This document shows, piece by piece, positions 1 to 16,175 of a DNA stretch of 64,000 bases. The stretch lies in the NCBI RefSeq assembly GCF_009914755.1, contig NC_060940.1; one strand, given 5' to 3'. Numbering within the stretch: the first letter of the stretch is position 1; every line of letters begins with the position of its first letter. The notes under the pieces were generated by a model, which was not told the DNA's origin, ran no database searches, and worked only from the letters and a program-made list of their open reading frames with translations. The DNA comes from the human T2T-CHM13v2.0 reference genome, Homo sapiens. The position numbers and the translations under genes were made by a program.

Positions 1-380
1 CCTGCAGACTGTAGTGTAGACATGGTGTTGGCCATCCTGGACCACGTAGATGAGGGCAATATCTAAAGGGTAGCAGAAAAAGAAGCTAGAAGGGGTGTGG
101 ACTTCTGACAATGTCACAGAGCAGAGCCACCAGATCAGTCATTTCCAAGAGAGAAATAACTATCTTGTTTAAGATACTTTTATGTTGAGTCTCTAGCCCA
201 TCCAGCCAAACTTATAACCTAACTATGACAAGCCTCAAAGGAAAGAGAATCACTCTGCATATGGAAGCAAGCAGAATGCACCTATGCAGGGCTCCAGAAT
301 GAGTATTCTCCACTCAAGGGAGCATCCAGGGAAGTGGGAACTTCAGGGGAGAGGTAGGTTAGACCAGGAGGCAAAGCAGT

Positions 381-800
381 TATGTCAGTCGGTTCTTGCA
401 TTGCTTTAAGGAAATACCTGAGGCTGGGTAATTTATAAAGAAAAGAGGCTTAATTGGCTCACGTTTCTACAGGCTCTACAGGAAGTGTGTTGCCAGCATC
501 TGCTTCTTGTGAGGGCCTTCGGAAGCTTCCAGTCATGATGGAAGGTGAAGGGTGAGCAGGCACCTAACATGTCGAGAGAGGGAGCAAGGGTGGGAGGAGA
601 TACCACACTCTTTTAAATGACCAGATGGATCTCTTGTGAACGCAGAGCAACAACTCACTTATCAACAATGGAATGGTGCTAAGCCATTCATGAGGGATCC
701 GCCCTCATGATCCAATCACCTCCCACCAGGCCCCACCTCCAACACTGGGAATCACATTTCATCCTGAAATTTGGAGGGGACCAACATCCAAACCATATCA
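381..800 (+). mobile_element. Solo MaLR LTR (MST family)
   Basis: Typical aggaaatacctgaggctgggtaatttataaagaaaagagg...ccaaaccatatca; imperfect 5-bp TSD gcagt/gcaat. Confidence 0.85.
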
Positions 801-852
801 GCAATTCAGCGACAAAATGAAGTCACAAAAACTGATAGGTGTATCAGGGTAA

Positions 853-1303
<451 letters not shown>

Positions 1304-2116
1304 TAATAGTTTGCCTCCATTTTTTATGTCTAACTCCCAACAGCTTTGAAGCCTCATTCTGCTCCTGCCTTTTTATCCCACATGTGGTGAACTAATAAGA
1401 AAACCCAGGTATGCCCTTGGCACAGACAGGAAACTGACAAGAACCCTCACCCTAGTGCTACTCTCTAACCACAATAAAACCCCAAAGCCAGTCACCCCTT
1501 CCTGCTTTCTCAAACCATTTCAGACCTACTTGGAAACCTGCTCTGCTCTCCCCAGAAAGCCTCATTATGGCACTAATAAATATTTTTATTCCTTCATGGT
1601 ATGTTTTGGGCATCTGTCTCAGTTTTGGAACCAAATTTTGGGTGTGGTTTTCAAATTGTTTCTGTGGGATGATCAGCTGGATAAGAGGGAAAATTCTTCT
1701 TTACAGGAGAATGTCAACAAATTAATAAATTTAGAAGAATTCATAGAATTAGAAACCATGACTTTGCAACTATCATTGCAATAATTGATTCAGGCAAGAA
1801 AGGTTGTGGGGAAACACATTGTCTCAAAGTTATTAAATATAAAAGTGGAAGTACTTTTAAAATGGAGAATATAGCAGACACCACCTTGCCCAAGTGATCA
1901 ATTTGACATCACCAATAATGGGACAAACTGACATCTTGTGCCTCCTGATAGGATGTACCAAGAAGGATACAACATCACCTATTTTAATCTGCCTGCCAAA
2001 AATATTGAACATAAATATAATCATAAGGAAACCATAAGACAAGCTCAAAATGAGAGTCAGTCTGAAAAAAAAAAAAATAACTGGACTAAACTCTCCTAAA
2101 AAATCAGTGCTGTGTG

Positions 2117-2406
2117 GCCTGGCACAGTGGTTCATGCCTATAATCCCAGCACTTTGGGAGGCAAAGGTAGGCAGATCACTTAAGCCCAGAGTCCGAGACC
2201 AGCCTGACCAACATGGTGAAATCCCATCTCTACTAAAAATACAAAAATTAGCTGGGCGTAGTGGTGCATGCCTGTAATCCCAGCTACTCGGGAGGCTGAG
2301 GCAGAGAATAGCTTGAACCCAGGAGGCAGAGGTTGCAGTGAGCTGAGATGGCGCCACTGCACTCCAGCCTGGCAACAGAGCGAGACTCGTCTCAAAAAAA
2401 AAAAAA
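2117..2406 (+). mobile_element. Alu
   Basis: Alu consensus, poly-A, TSD-like tca(g/a)tgctgtg. Confidence 0.95.
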
Positions 2407-3199
2407 GTCAATGCTGTGAAAGAGAAAAAAAATGTTGGGAAACTGTTACAGATTGAAGGAGACTTAAGGGAGACTAAACAGACATGATGATGATGATGTG
2501 ACAATGCATTATTCACATATCATGAATAGTCCTTAATTGAATCCTCAGATTTTAAGTGGGGAGGGAGTACATATAAAGGACATTATTGGAATAATAGGGG
2601 AATTGGGTTATAGAGTATATATTCGATAACATAATATCAATGCTAAATTTCTGGATTGTGGTCACTGTAATGTGGCTGTGTAGGAGGAAGTTATTCTTTG
2701 GAAAAATATGTTGAAGTATTTAGGGGAAGAGCCATGTGTCTGGAATTTAGCACACATGTTTCATTTTTTAAAGTTTTCATCCATATATAGAGAGATGGAA
2801 CAAATGTGGCAAAATGATAATAATTTGTGTATAAAGACACAAAACAAAGAGAAATGAAACTAAAAGGCAAGCTGGTTTGAGGGTTTGTTTATTCTGAAAG
2901 AGGTCTGCAGAAGTCAAGAGCGAAGGTCGAAGAGAGGAAGGGCTATGCTGTTCCACAAACCATCCTGTGTCTGCTTGTTTACCAGGCTTCCTCTGCATCC
3001 ATAGTTGTCCCGGGTTCAGAACAGGGCTTTGCTCAATAAAGATTTGTGGAAGGTCCTAGAATTTGGCCCCATCCTCTCCACTCTGGGAAGAAAGGCTTCA
3101 GGGGTCACAGTAGCACTTCTGTGGGTTGGAGGTTGATGTCTTGTCACCCCCACCCTCTTCTTTTTCCTTCTACTCACTCATCACTTCTTAATCCTCTTG

Positions 3200-4115
3200 A
3201 GTCTTAGCTCTAAAAGTTAGAATTCCCTAGGGACTCTGCCTAAGGCCTCTTCTCCATTCTACTTTCCTCCTTTCTCTACTCCCACAGAGCATCTCCAGCC
3301 CAATCCTCTCCCCATATTTCAGACTCATATATTCAACTGCAACTAGACATCTACACTTGGATGAATTATAGCCATCTCAAATTTACCATGTCCAAAATGG
3401 AACTCTCTAATTTCCCCGCAAATCTGGTTCTGTCCAGTCTCCCCCGTCTCAGTGAAAAACCCCACCATTCACCTGGTCACTCCTCCCCTCCCCTCATTTC
3501 CCCACATCTGATCCATACTGTAAATTCTTCCCCAAAACTACAACCTGGATCTGTCAACTTGTCACTGTCTCCATGGCCACCGTCACCCTCACCTGGACTC
3601 CTTCAGCAGCAGCTTTGTAACTCATCTCTTCCCTCTACTCTGGGCCTCCATCATCCACCCTCCTCACAGAAGCCAGAGTGGTCTTTCAAAAATATCAATC
3701 AGAAAAGTTTACTCTCCTCCTCAAAATCTTCAATGTTCTCCCATTGTTTAGAATAAAAATGCACACTGTCGTCTACACCATCTGCCTGGTCCACTTCTCC
3801 AGCCTCAATTCATGCCCACCAACTCTACTCCCAGGGACCTCCTTGTCCAGCTCCCACGTTCCTCAACCTTCTCTCTTTCTGGGACATTTTCTCAGCCTTC
3901 TTGTCATCCAGAACTCAATTCAAACGACATCTTCCCAGGTCTATATGAGGAAACCTGCCCTTCCCATTAAACTTTAGACACTGTCTTCTTTGTTTACTAC
4001 CTGTTTTCCCTTTTCCTGACACACTAGAATGCAATCACCCTGCAAGCAAATTTTCCACTATATCTCCAGTACCTGCTAAAGCAGGTGCTCATACATATTT
4101 GCTGAAAGAATTAAT
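3200..4115 (+). mobile_element. L2 LINE 3' fragment
   Basis: L2-like ctagacatctacacttggatg...ccatctcaaatttaccatgtccaaaa and terminal ggtgctca..atatttgctgaa; boundaries approximate. Confidence 0.6.
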
Positions 4116-4309
4116 TACCAGATGGCAATTGTATATATTTTGTAATATCCTTACTTGGCAGAATTAAAAGCTGCCAATTTTGTGTAAGTCCCCATTTTAA
4201 AAAACAGGGCTATTTGTAAGCCCAGGACTATTGTGATAGATGAACTGGCTGCAAGCCCCTTACAACATAGGTGTTATAAGGAAAACAGGAGAAGGGAGAA
4301 AGAGGGACA

Positions 4310-5017
4310 GTGGATGGGTGGAGGGAGAAGTGGAAGGTGGGTGACTGGGTGGATGTGTGGGTAGGTTAGTGGCCAGATGGATGGATGAATGGGTGAGTGG
4401 ATGAATGGTGGATGGGTGGATGCGTGGGTGGGTGGCTGGATGGGTGAGTGGGTGGATGAATGGGTGGATGGATGGGTGAGTTGGTAGATGGGTGGGTGAG
4501 TGGGTGGGTGGATGGGTGGATGAGTGAATGGGTGGGTGGATGGATGGTGGATGGGTGGGTGAGAGTGGATGGTTAGGTGAGTGGGTGGATGGATGGGCAG
4601 GTGAGTGGGTGAGTGGGCGGATGGTAGATGGGTGGGTGGATGGGTGGGTGAGTGGGTGGATGGGTGGATGGATGGATGGAGGGTGGGTGGGTGGGCGGAT
4701 GGGCAGGTGAGTGGGCGGGTAGATGGGTGGTGGATGGGTGGGTGAGTGGGTGGATAGATGGATGGATGGGTGGATGGTTAGATGGGTAGGTGAGTAGGTG
4801 GATAGGTGGATAGACGGGTGTATGGATGGGTGAGTGGTTGAATGGGTGGATGGTTGGACGGGTGGGTGAGTGGGTGGATGGGTGGATGGATGGTGGATGG
4901 GTGGGTGAGTGGGTGGATGGGTGGGTGAGTGGGTGGATGGGTGGGTGAATGGATGAGCGGGTAGTGGGTGATTGGGTGAATGAATGAGTGTCTGGCTGAG
5001 TGAGTGAGAGGATGGGT
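4310..5017 (+). repeat. Degenerate (GGGT/GGAT/GAGT)n low-complexity array
   Basis: ~700 bp almost C-free on the plus strand, built of TGGG/TGGA/TGAG tetramers. Confidence 0.95.
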
Positions 5018-5089
5018 ACCTCTGGGAAGGTAAATCCAAGTTGCAGTGTAAGTTGAGCCAGGGGAGGTGGCCACAGTTGGCTCCCTTAG

Positions 5090-6310
5090 GCCGCCCACCT
5101 CGTGGGGTCACCAAGGGGTTACTTCGGGGCAGAAAGGTGCGGCTGTGGGTCGCCCCGCCCGGGTTTCCAGCAGCAGCACCCCAGCCCCCACCCAGCACAC
5201 AGGCACCCCTCCCGCCCGGGCCCCAGACGCGCTCAGGCCGCCCCCTGAGGGCGCCCGTTCTCAGGTGAGCTCCCGGACTAGCGCGCATGCGCACAGGTGA
5301 GTGCCCGCCCCGCCCCCGGGCTTGGCCACCTGCCCAAGAAACTTGTTGGTTGTTGCCCTCAGGTCGCTCCCGGGCGCGGACACGGAACCCGGCCATGGAA
5401 GATCCGTCGGGGGCTCGCGAGCCCCGGGCCCGGCCGAGAGAGCGGGACCCGGGACGGCGCCCCCACCCAGACCAAGGCCGCACCCACGATCGACCGCGGG
5501 ACCGACCCGGGGACCCGCGCAGGAAGCGAAGCAGCGACGGGAACCGGCGAAGGGACGGGGACCGGGACCCGGAGAGAGACCAGGAGAGGGACGGGAACCG
5601 CGACCGGAACCGGGACCGGGAGAGGGAGAGAGAGAGGGAAAGAGACCCGGACCGAGGCCCCCGCCAGGACACACACAGGGACGCGGGCCCTCGCGCAGGT
5701 GAACACGGAGTTTGGGAAAAACCGCGCCAAAGCCGGACGCGGGACGGAGCCCGGGGACTGACCTGGGACGCAGCCGCGCCTCCTGGGCCCGCGCCCTGGG
5801 AAGCCCCGGAGCCGCCGCAGCCGCAGAGGAAGGGAGACCCCGGGCGCCGCAGACCCGAAAGGTGAGAGGGGCCGGGGCGCTGCGACCTCCGCGCCGGGGA
5901 CACCTGTGGCCCAGGCCGGCCCGCGAGGCCCTGGCGTCCCCGGGTTCTCGTCCTAGGAGCCCGTTTAAATGAACAAATGCCGTTTCTCCCTTCTGCGCTC
6001 TCAGAGGCGACCTGGCAGGGAAGGAAAACTTTAGGGTTCCCCCTTCTCGTGGCCTGAACCCAACTAACAAAGCAAAAACCACCCCTGTGAGCAGTGGCTG
6101 GGCTGGAGGACCTGGAGAAGAGAAAGAGAGGCCCCGGGACCCGAGAGGGAGGGGTGGGAGGAGACCAGGCGGGTGGGGTTCACCCCAGGCTCCTCCCCGG
6201 CCCGGCCCGCATGGTCACAGGACTGCGCCTTGGGGTTCAGACCCTTGTCCCGTGTTCCAGAGCCAGCCCTTCCCGACTCCAAAGTCCCCTTCCTTGTGGC
6301 CGGGCCGCCC
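5090..6310 (+). promoter_or_regulatory. MARVELD3: CpG island and MARVELD3 promoter (NRF1 site, GC box, E-boxes)
   Basis: Very GC/CpG-rich; GCGCATGCGC 5283-5292; CCCGCCCCGCCCCC 5304-5317; CAGGTG/CACCTG at 5262, 5294, 5327, 5696, 5901; boundaries approximate. Confidence 0.85.
5395..5861 (+). CDS. MARVELD3: MARVELD3 coding exon 1 (Arg/Asp/Glu-rich cytoplasmic N-terminus)
   Basis: Strong Kozak gccATGG at 5395; translates [19 protein letters not shown]...; donor AAG|gtgag at 5861/5862; 467 nt (phase 2). Confidence 0.96.
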
Positions 6311-6351
6311 ACTTGGGAAGCCCGATGAAGAGTTAATAGTTTAATGTGTTA

Positions 6352-6707
<356 letters not shown>

Positions 6708-7416
6708 TTAACCAAAGAACAAAGTCTACGTAAAATTCTCCCACTGAAGGGTACAGGTTTGTTTTCCCTTTTGCCAGTGAGGTCTCTCTAGGCAGCGTCA
6801 TTCGAATCCCACGGCTGCTTGAGACCGCACCCTCCTAATGAAAAAACTTTGCCATCTCTGCCTTGCACAGAATTCCCATAGGCCCCTTGTAAGGAGAAAG
6901 GTTCAGGGTGTACTGGAAGACTCTGTGAGCTAGGGGAGGGTGGGGGGGGAAGGGAAGACAAGAGGGGACCTGGTCCCCACACCGCCTCCTAGGGACCTGG
7001 TGTTTTTTCCATCCATTGAATACCCAGATAATGTGCCCCACACGGTGAACTGTGAGCAGATGGGATATCTCCCCTGCCAGCTCCAACAGGAGACAGGTCC
7101 GAGGTGACGACTGCTTCTGGTTTTTGACACCTGGCCTCTCCTCTAGGGAGGAGTCAGGCTCCCCTCTCCCAGGGACTTGGAGGCTGAGTCCAGTCTGTCT
7201 CCCTGCTATGTCCACACAGCGGGAGAGCTCCTATCCTGAGTTTATGTTACATTATCTAAAACTAACTAGCATAACAAAGGGTGCGCCCAGATACAGTCAA
7301 AGCTTCGCCCAGGGAAACAGCTGTTGTTTCCCTGACTAAAGCCCATTGCACTTGCAACTGCAGGACCTGGGAGAATTCAGAGCTGCATTTTTAGGTTTCT
7401 TTAAAAACCACTGTCC

Positions 7417-7799
<383 letters not shown>

Positions 7800-8532
7800 T
7801 CATCTTTTGAGGGGAAGGGGGTAGTTCAGTATGGCTGGGTCTGCGAGCATGAGGTTGTGAGTGTAGAGAGATGAACAGGGGCCTCCTGTGCATGCTAAAA
7901 GTTTGAAAAATTTCAAACCTAAGAGAGACATGATGTTCTAGAAAGACTGTGGGAGCCTGGCAAGTAGAATGCAGCCCCCTGTTGAATCTTGGACAAAGCC
8001 CAGGATGTGCTGCATAAAGCAAGGAGAGAAGGGACAGAAAATGCTAGGGCTGCCAGAGGAGGAAATGATGTGATGATGTCAAAATCCGTGGTCTGCAGCT
8101 CCCATGCTCCTGGAGAGTTATTGCTGACTCAACACTTTCCAAAGTAACAAAGGGAGGAAGAGAATGCCTGCCTGGGCATCAGAGTCATGTGAATGCAAAC
8201 TGGTTTTGAAGAGGCCTGGTGCATGCTGAACTGAGAACTTGCACTCACAGGAAGGCAGCTCGCAGCTACCTGGTGAGACAGCTCCCAGGGGCAGACAAAC
8301 CATCAGCGGTACCAATCACAGCATCTGTCACGTGGTTAGTGGAGCTGGGCCAAGTATTTGGATGTCCCGTGGGGCCACTAAACCAGAGAATTCTCTGGAG
8401 TTTAAAATACCGGGACAAATTCTATTTCTGTTCTGCTAATATTTGGGCCCAGCACGAGGAGTCAAGAGTTCTAATCCTGAACGCTATTGAATGAGACACC
8501 CCCTAATGACCATGTATGCTTTTTGGTTATAG

Positions 8533-8660
8533 TGAACCCCCTTCGGAGAGATATCTGCCCTCGACCCCCAGGCCTGGACGAGAGGAGGTGGAATATTACC
8601 AGTCAGAGGCGGAAGGACTCCTGGAATGCCACAAATGCAAATACTTGTGCACTGGGAGAG
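8533..8660 (+). CDS. MARVELD3: MARVELD3 coding exon 2
   Basis: Acceptor ttttggttatag|T, donor GAG|gtgag; 128 nt; [43 protein letters not shown]; frame continuous with exon 1. Confidence 0.95.
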
Positions 8661-9101
8661 GTGAGCCGTTTTGCAGGCTGTTTGATCATTTACTGTCACT
8701 GGTGGTTCTGGAAGGGATGGTCTGAGCTGGTGAAGCAAAAATTTAAGCAGATTCCCTTGTGGGTTCCTAGCATTTTCATTTCTGTACTTGTGAGGTTCTT
8801 GTTTTCTTAAAAAAAAAAAAAAAAAAAAAAGGAGGAACGTCTCAAAAGTGCTGCTAGATTTCCTGTGCTTCTCCTTAAACATGCCCTGGGTTTGCAAAGG
8901 CAAGCAGCCATGTTTGCAGCTTTCAGACTCCAGGTGGAAGTGCAGAGGCCTGTAGGTGGAACTGGCTGTGAGCTGCCAGCTGTCAGAGGAGGGATCTTCT
9001 GGCGAGGCAGCTGAATTAACAGAGAGGGAAAGTCACCTGGCGTGGGCAGCCAAGTTGCAGCACCTGTTCTCCTTGAAGATCTGACGCCCAACATTTGATC
9101 A

Positions 9102-9880
<779 letters not shown>

Positions 9881-10621
9881 TTACATTAAGACCGAGTTCA
9901 CACACACACAGAAACAAAAATGTTGTGAAACCATACTGACCCTATTATATACCAAATATTCTGATATTTTCTATCCCGTTCATTAAGAACAAAATCATTT
10001 TTTAAAAACCATAGTTATTTAGGACCCACAGTCTGAAAAACACTTCCAGCCTATCATGTATCCACCCCAAATGTGGCGTCCCCAGGTTCCCATTCTAGCG
10101 GTCTTGGCCTTGCCAGCAATGAAGAAAATCTGGTTTGTCTGGGTGAGAGCTTATAGTTCACATGATTTGGTGAGAAATAGTTCTTGGTTTACTATGACTA
10201 AGGGAGAAAACGTTCCAGCCTAAGGGAGAGAACTTATGGAGCTCATACCTGAAAATGTAATCTCAGGATAATTCCAAAGATGCATATGATTATAGGATTA
10301 TAGGAACTTTGAGGAAAGTGCTCTAGGCAATGCAGGTACAAGGATCATTACTCTAGTTGCAGATATTGGCACAACCTCACAGCCTGTAATTCTGTCAGCA
10401 GCTCCTGAGCTTCAGAGAAGTACAGTAAGATATCCAGAGGACTGTGTTCTTAATGAGAGAAAAAAACAAAAGTTATGAAGATACAAATAAAGTTCAGGAA
10501 AAAATATAATATTCACAGTGATTTTTTTAAATTGGTTGTATTACAGGCAATTGTTACATTGCATGTTTTCTTAACTCTACATTTTCTTTTTTTGTTGTTG
10601 TTATAAGTAAGTATAACTGTC

Positions 10622-10912
<291 letters not shown>

Positions 10913-11742
10913 ATATAACTTTCATAAATAAAATGGTGACAGAGTGAGACCCTGTCTGTAAAAAAAAGAAAGAAAACAATAATGTTGTTTGCATTCTGGG
11001 GGAAAATTATACAGTGTAAAGATCGCACTTGAGAGAGCATCATCATTTCATTTAGACAATGTGTAGCTGTGGTTTCATGAATAGACCAACTGGAACCAGG
11101 CATTAAATCTGGTTATCAAACATCAGGCAGGATGTTGACAGGCCGACGTTGGCAGCATGTACAATTTCCAGCTCAGCAGCACCCAGCTTATATGATGTTG
11201 AGCAAAAGAAACCACACACACAAAAGGACATAACCGTATTATTCCATTTACATGATATTCTAGAAAAGGCAGAACTAGTTTCTAACCTTCTTTCCTTTCA
11301 TACAACACAAGGCAGAACTAGTTTCTAATGAGAGAGGGCTGATCAGTGGTTTGCTGACAAGGAAAGTGAGGGATTGACTGCGAAGCGTCACTAAGGAAAT
11401 TTCTAGGCTAATGAGAATGTTCTGTGTCTTGATTATGGTTACATGGTACATAAATTTGTCAAAACGCATCAAGCTGTAAGCTTAATGTGGGTCATTTTGT
11501 TGCATATAAGTTATATTTCACTAACGTTGATTTTAAGGAAAGCAGCCAGTTTTCTTTGTCCAAGATAAAGAAGCCAAGGGACCGGGAAGAATCCAGCTCT
11601 GGGAAAATATCACAGCCCAGATACACTCTTTAGGGAACTAAATAAAACAGCATTAAACTTTAAGACATACTTATAAGTTAAAGTCTAAGAACAATAAAAC
11701 AACTTTTTAATTCAGTAAGCATTAAGGGTTTAATTAACTTAA

Positions 11743-13082
<1,340 letters not shown>

Positions 13083-13359
13083 TGATCTCTCCCATCATCC
13101 TCCTGCCGCTCTCTCAGGGCACACCGCTTTGCTCTTTTGAGAGTCACCCCTCTGAGTCCATAGTATTTCTGGCACCATTTCTGGAGACCACAGTTCCCTA
13201 CTGCCCCCTAGTTTTAATCGCGCTGCTTTGGCCTCGGGTCTTCCACAGGGCCAGAAGCCTTCAGGGGTCTGAGCCCTGCGCGGAAGGTGGGCCTCAGGTG
13301 GAAGAGTCTCCTGGTGCCAAACAGCATCACTCAAAAATGGTAACACCCTTTTTTTGCAG

Positions 13360-13970
13360 CCTGCTGCCAAATGCTGGAGGTTCTCCTGAACTTGCTGATC
13401 CTGGCCTGCAGCTCTGTGTCTTACAGTTCCACAGGGGGCTACACGGGCATCACCAGCTTGGGGGGCATTTACTACTATCAGTTCGGAGGGGCTTACAGTG
13501 GCTTTGATGGTGCTGACGGGGAGAAGGCCCAGCAACTGGATGTCCAGTTCTACCAGCTAAAGCTGCCCATGGTCACTGTGGCAATGGCCTGTAGTGGAGC
13601 CCTCACAGCCCTCTGCTGCCTCTTCGTTGCCATGGGTGTCCTGCGGGTCCCGTGGCATTGTCCACTGTTGCTGGTGACCGAAGGCTTGTTGGACATGCTC
13701 ATCGCGGGGGGGTACATCCCGGCCTTGTACTTCTACTTCCACTACCTCTCTGCTGCCTATGGCTCTCCTGTGTGTAAAGAGAGGCAGGCGCTGTACCAAA
13801 GCAAAGGCTACAGCGGTTTCGGCTGCAGTTTCCACGGAGCAGATATAGGAGCTGGAATCTTTGCTGCCCTGGGCATTGTGGTCTTTGCCCTGGGGGCTGT
13901 CCTGGCCATAAAGGGCTACCGAAAAGTTAGGAAGCTAAAAGAGAAGCCAGCAGAAATGTTTGAATTTTAA
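13360..13970 (+). CDS. MARVELD3: MARVELD3 alternative terminal exon 3a (4-TM MARVEL domain; 401-aa isoform)
   Basis: Acceptor ccttttttttgcag|C; four hydrophobic segments, Gly/Tyr-rich first loop; 467+128+611=1206 nt = 401 aa + TAA. Confidence 0.95.
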
Positions 13971-14212
13971 GGGTTTCTAAAACGCTCTGACAGATGCAAG
14001 TGGTGGTGGAAGGTAGTCTGAGCCACTGCCTTTCCCAAGAATCCCTTGTTGTGGAAGTTTCCAATGCTGGAAAAGCAGCGAGCCAGCGTTGGTGTGGTGG
14101 GCGGAGCTCCCAGTCGCATGGAGCGGTGTTCATGGATGCAACAGACCCTGGCTTCTGGAGTCCTCTGTGAGTGAGGGACCAATCAAAATTATTTTTCAAA
14201 AAGCAAAAAAAT

Positions 14213-14795
<583 letters not shown>

Positions 14796-15155
14796 GTTCA
14801 TGGAGAGCCACATAGACATGAGACCACACTTCAGCCTGAATTTTTCTAAAACACAGTTGTCTCAAGCAGATTACTCCACACGTTTTTACACACTGAACTC
14901 TCCAGTCCTTCCACTTCCTTAATTCTGCAAATGGAGGGGGTGGGGACTCTTGGGAAACTACTCCTGTAAAATTGAAGTTGGAGGTAGGCGTGGGCTGAGG
15001 AAAGAGGAATCAGATTAATTCTCTGGGTTGCAAAGAGGCTATTCTGCAAGCCCCTTACAGTGGCCCTGAAAGCTCAATAAGTGTTTTGTACCTCTTGTAA
15101 ATGTGCCATTGTGTGAAGCATTAAACCCAACATCTAGAATTCAGGATTCATCCAG

Positions 15156-15161
15156 AATAAA
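15156..15161 (+). terminator. MARVELD3: Candidate poly(A) signal for exon 3a (a second AATAAA lies at 15349-15354)
   Basis: AATAAA ~1.2 kb after the 3a stop, followed by GT/T-rich sequence. Confidence 0.6.
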
Positions 15162-15695
15162 AGGATGTAAAATCTTTCCCAACAGAAGAGTGTTACTTTT
15201 GGTCAGACAACTTCATGGGTTCTTACTGCACATTAAATTATGACTTATGGAACATTGCAATATATTCTCGGTCCTTAAGTTATGACTTATGGAACATTAC
15301 AATATATTCTCGGTCCAAGTGAGTAAGTTTTTTGCTTTATGTGAATCCAATAAAAAATCCAAAGAATTTTAATTTGGAGTTGATGTCCTCTTTACAATAC
15401 ATTTATAATATTCTCTTAAATACAGACAATTTTTCACATTTAAAAGGTGAGTTCCATTTGAGTTTAGAAAAGGAAATATATATATACATGCTTGTATATG
15501 ATTGGAAAATTTCTTGAAGAATAACATCAGAAAGTATTAAGTTTTGCTTTTGAAGAGAAGGGGACTTTTCATTTATACATGGCTTGACTGCACATGTATT
15601 AATTTTAGAAAAATAAAAAGTAAAAAAGTTGACTTGCTCTCCTCAGTTTTTTTCAGGACCACATTTAAAGTTCAAAGGCAGGTATGGATATATAG

Positions 15696-16175
<480 letters not shown>

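Noticed and set aside
4260-5903. 547-aa minus-strand ORF rich in HPPT/HPST repeats
   Set aside because: It is the reverse translation of the GGGT/GGAT array and the GC-rich exon 1; such sequence rarely contains stops. No domain or splice support.
5261-6344. Many overlapping ORFs in the CpG island
   Set aside because: Expected from high GC content; only the frame starting at ATG 5395 splices into a coherent protein.
8661-8830. Read-through of exon 2 into intron 2 (219-aa product, stop 8723-8725) ending near an A22 tract
   Set aside because: No AATAAA before the genomic A-run (8809-8830); cDNA ends here would most likely be oligo-dT internal priming.
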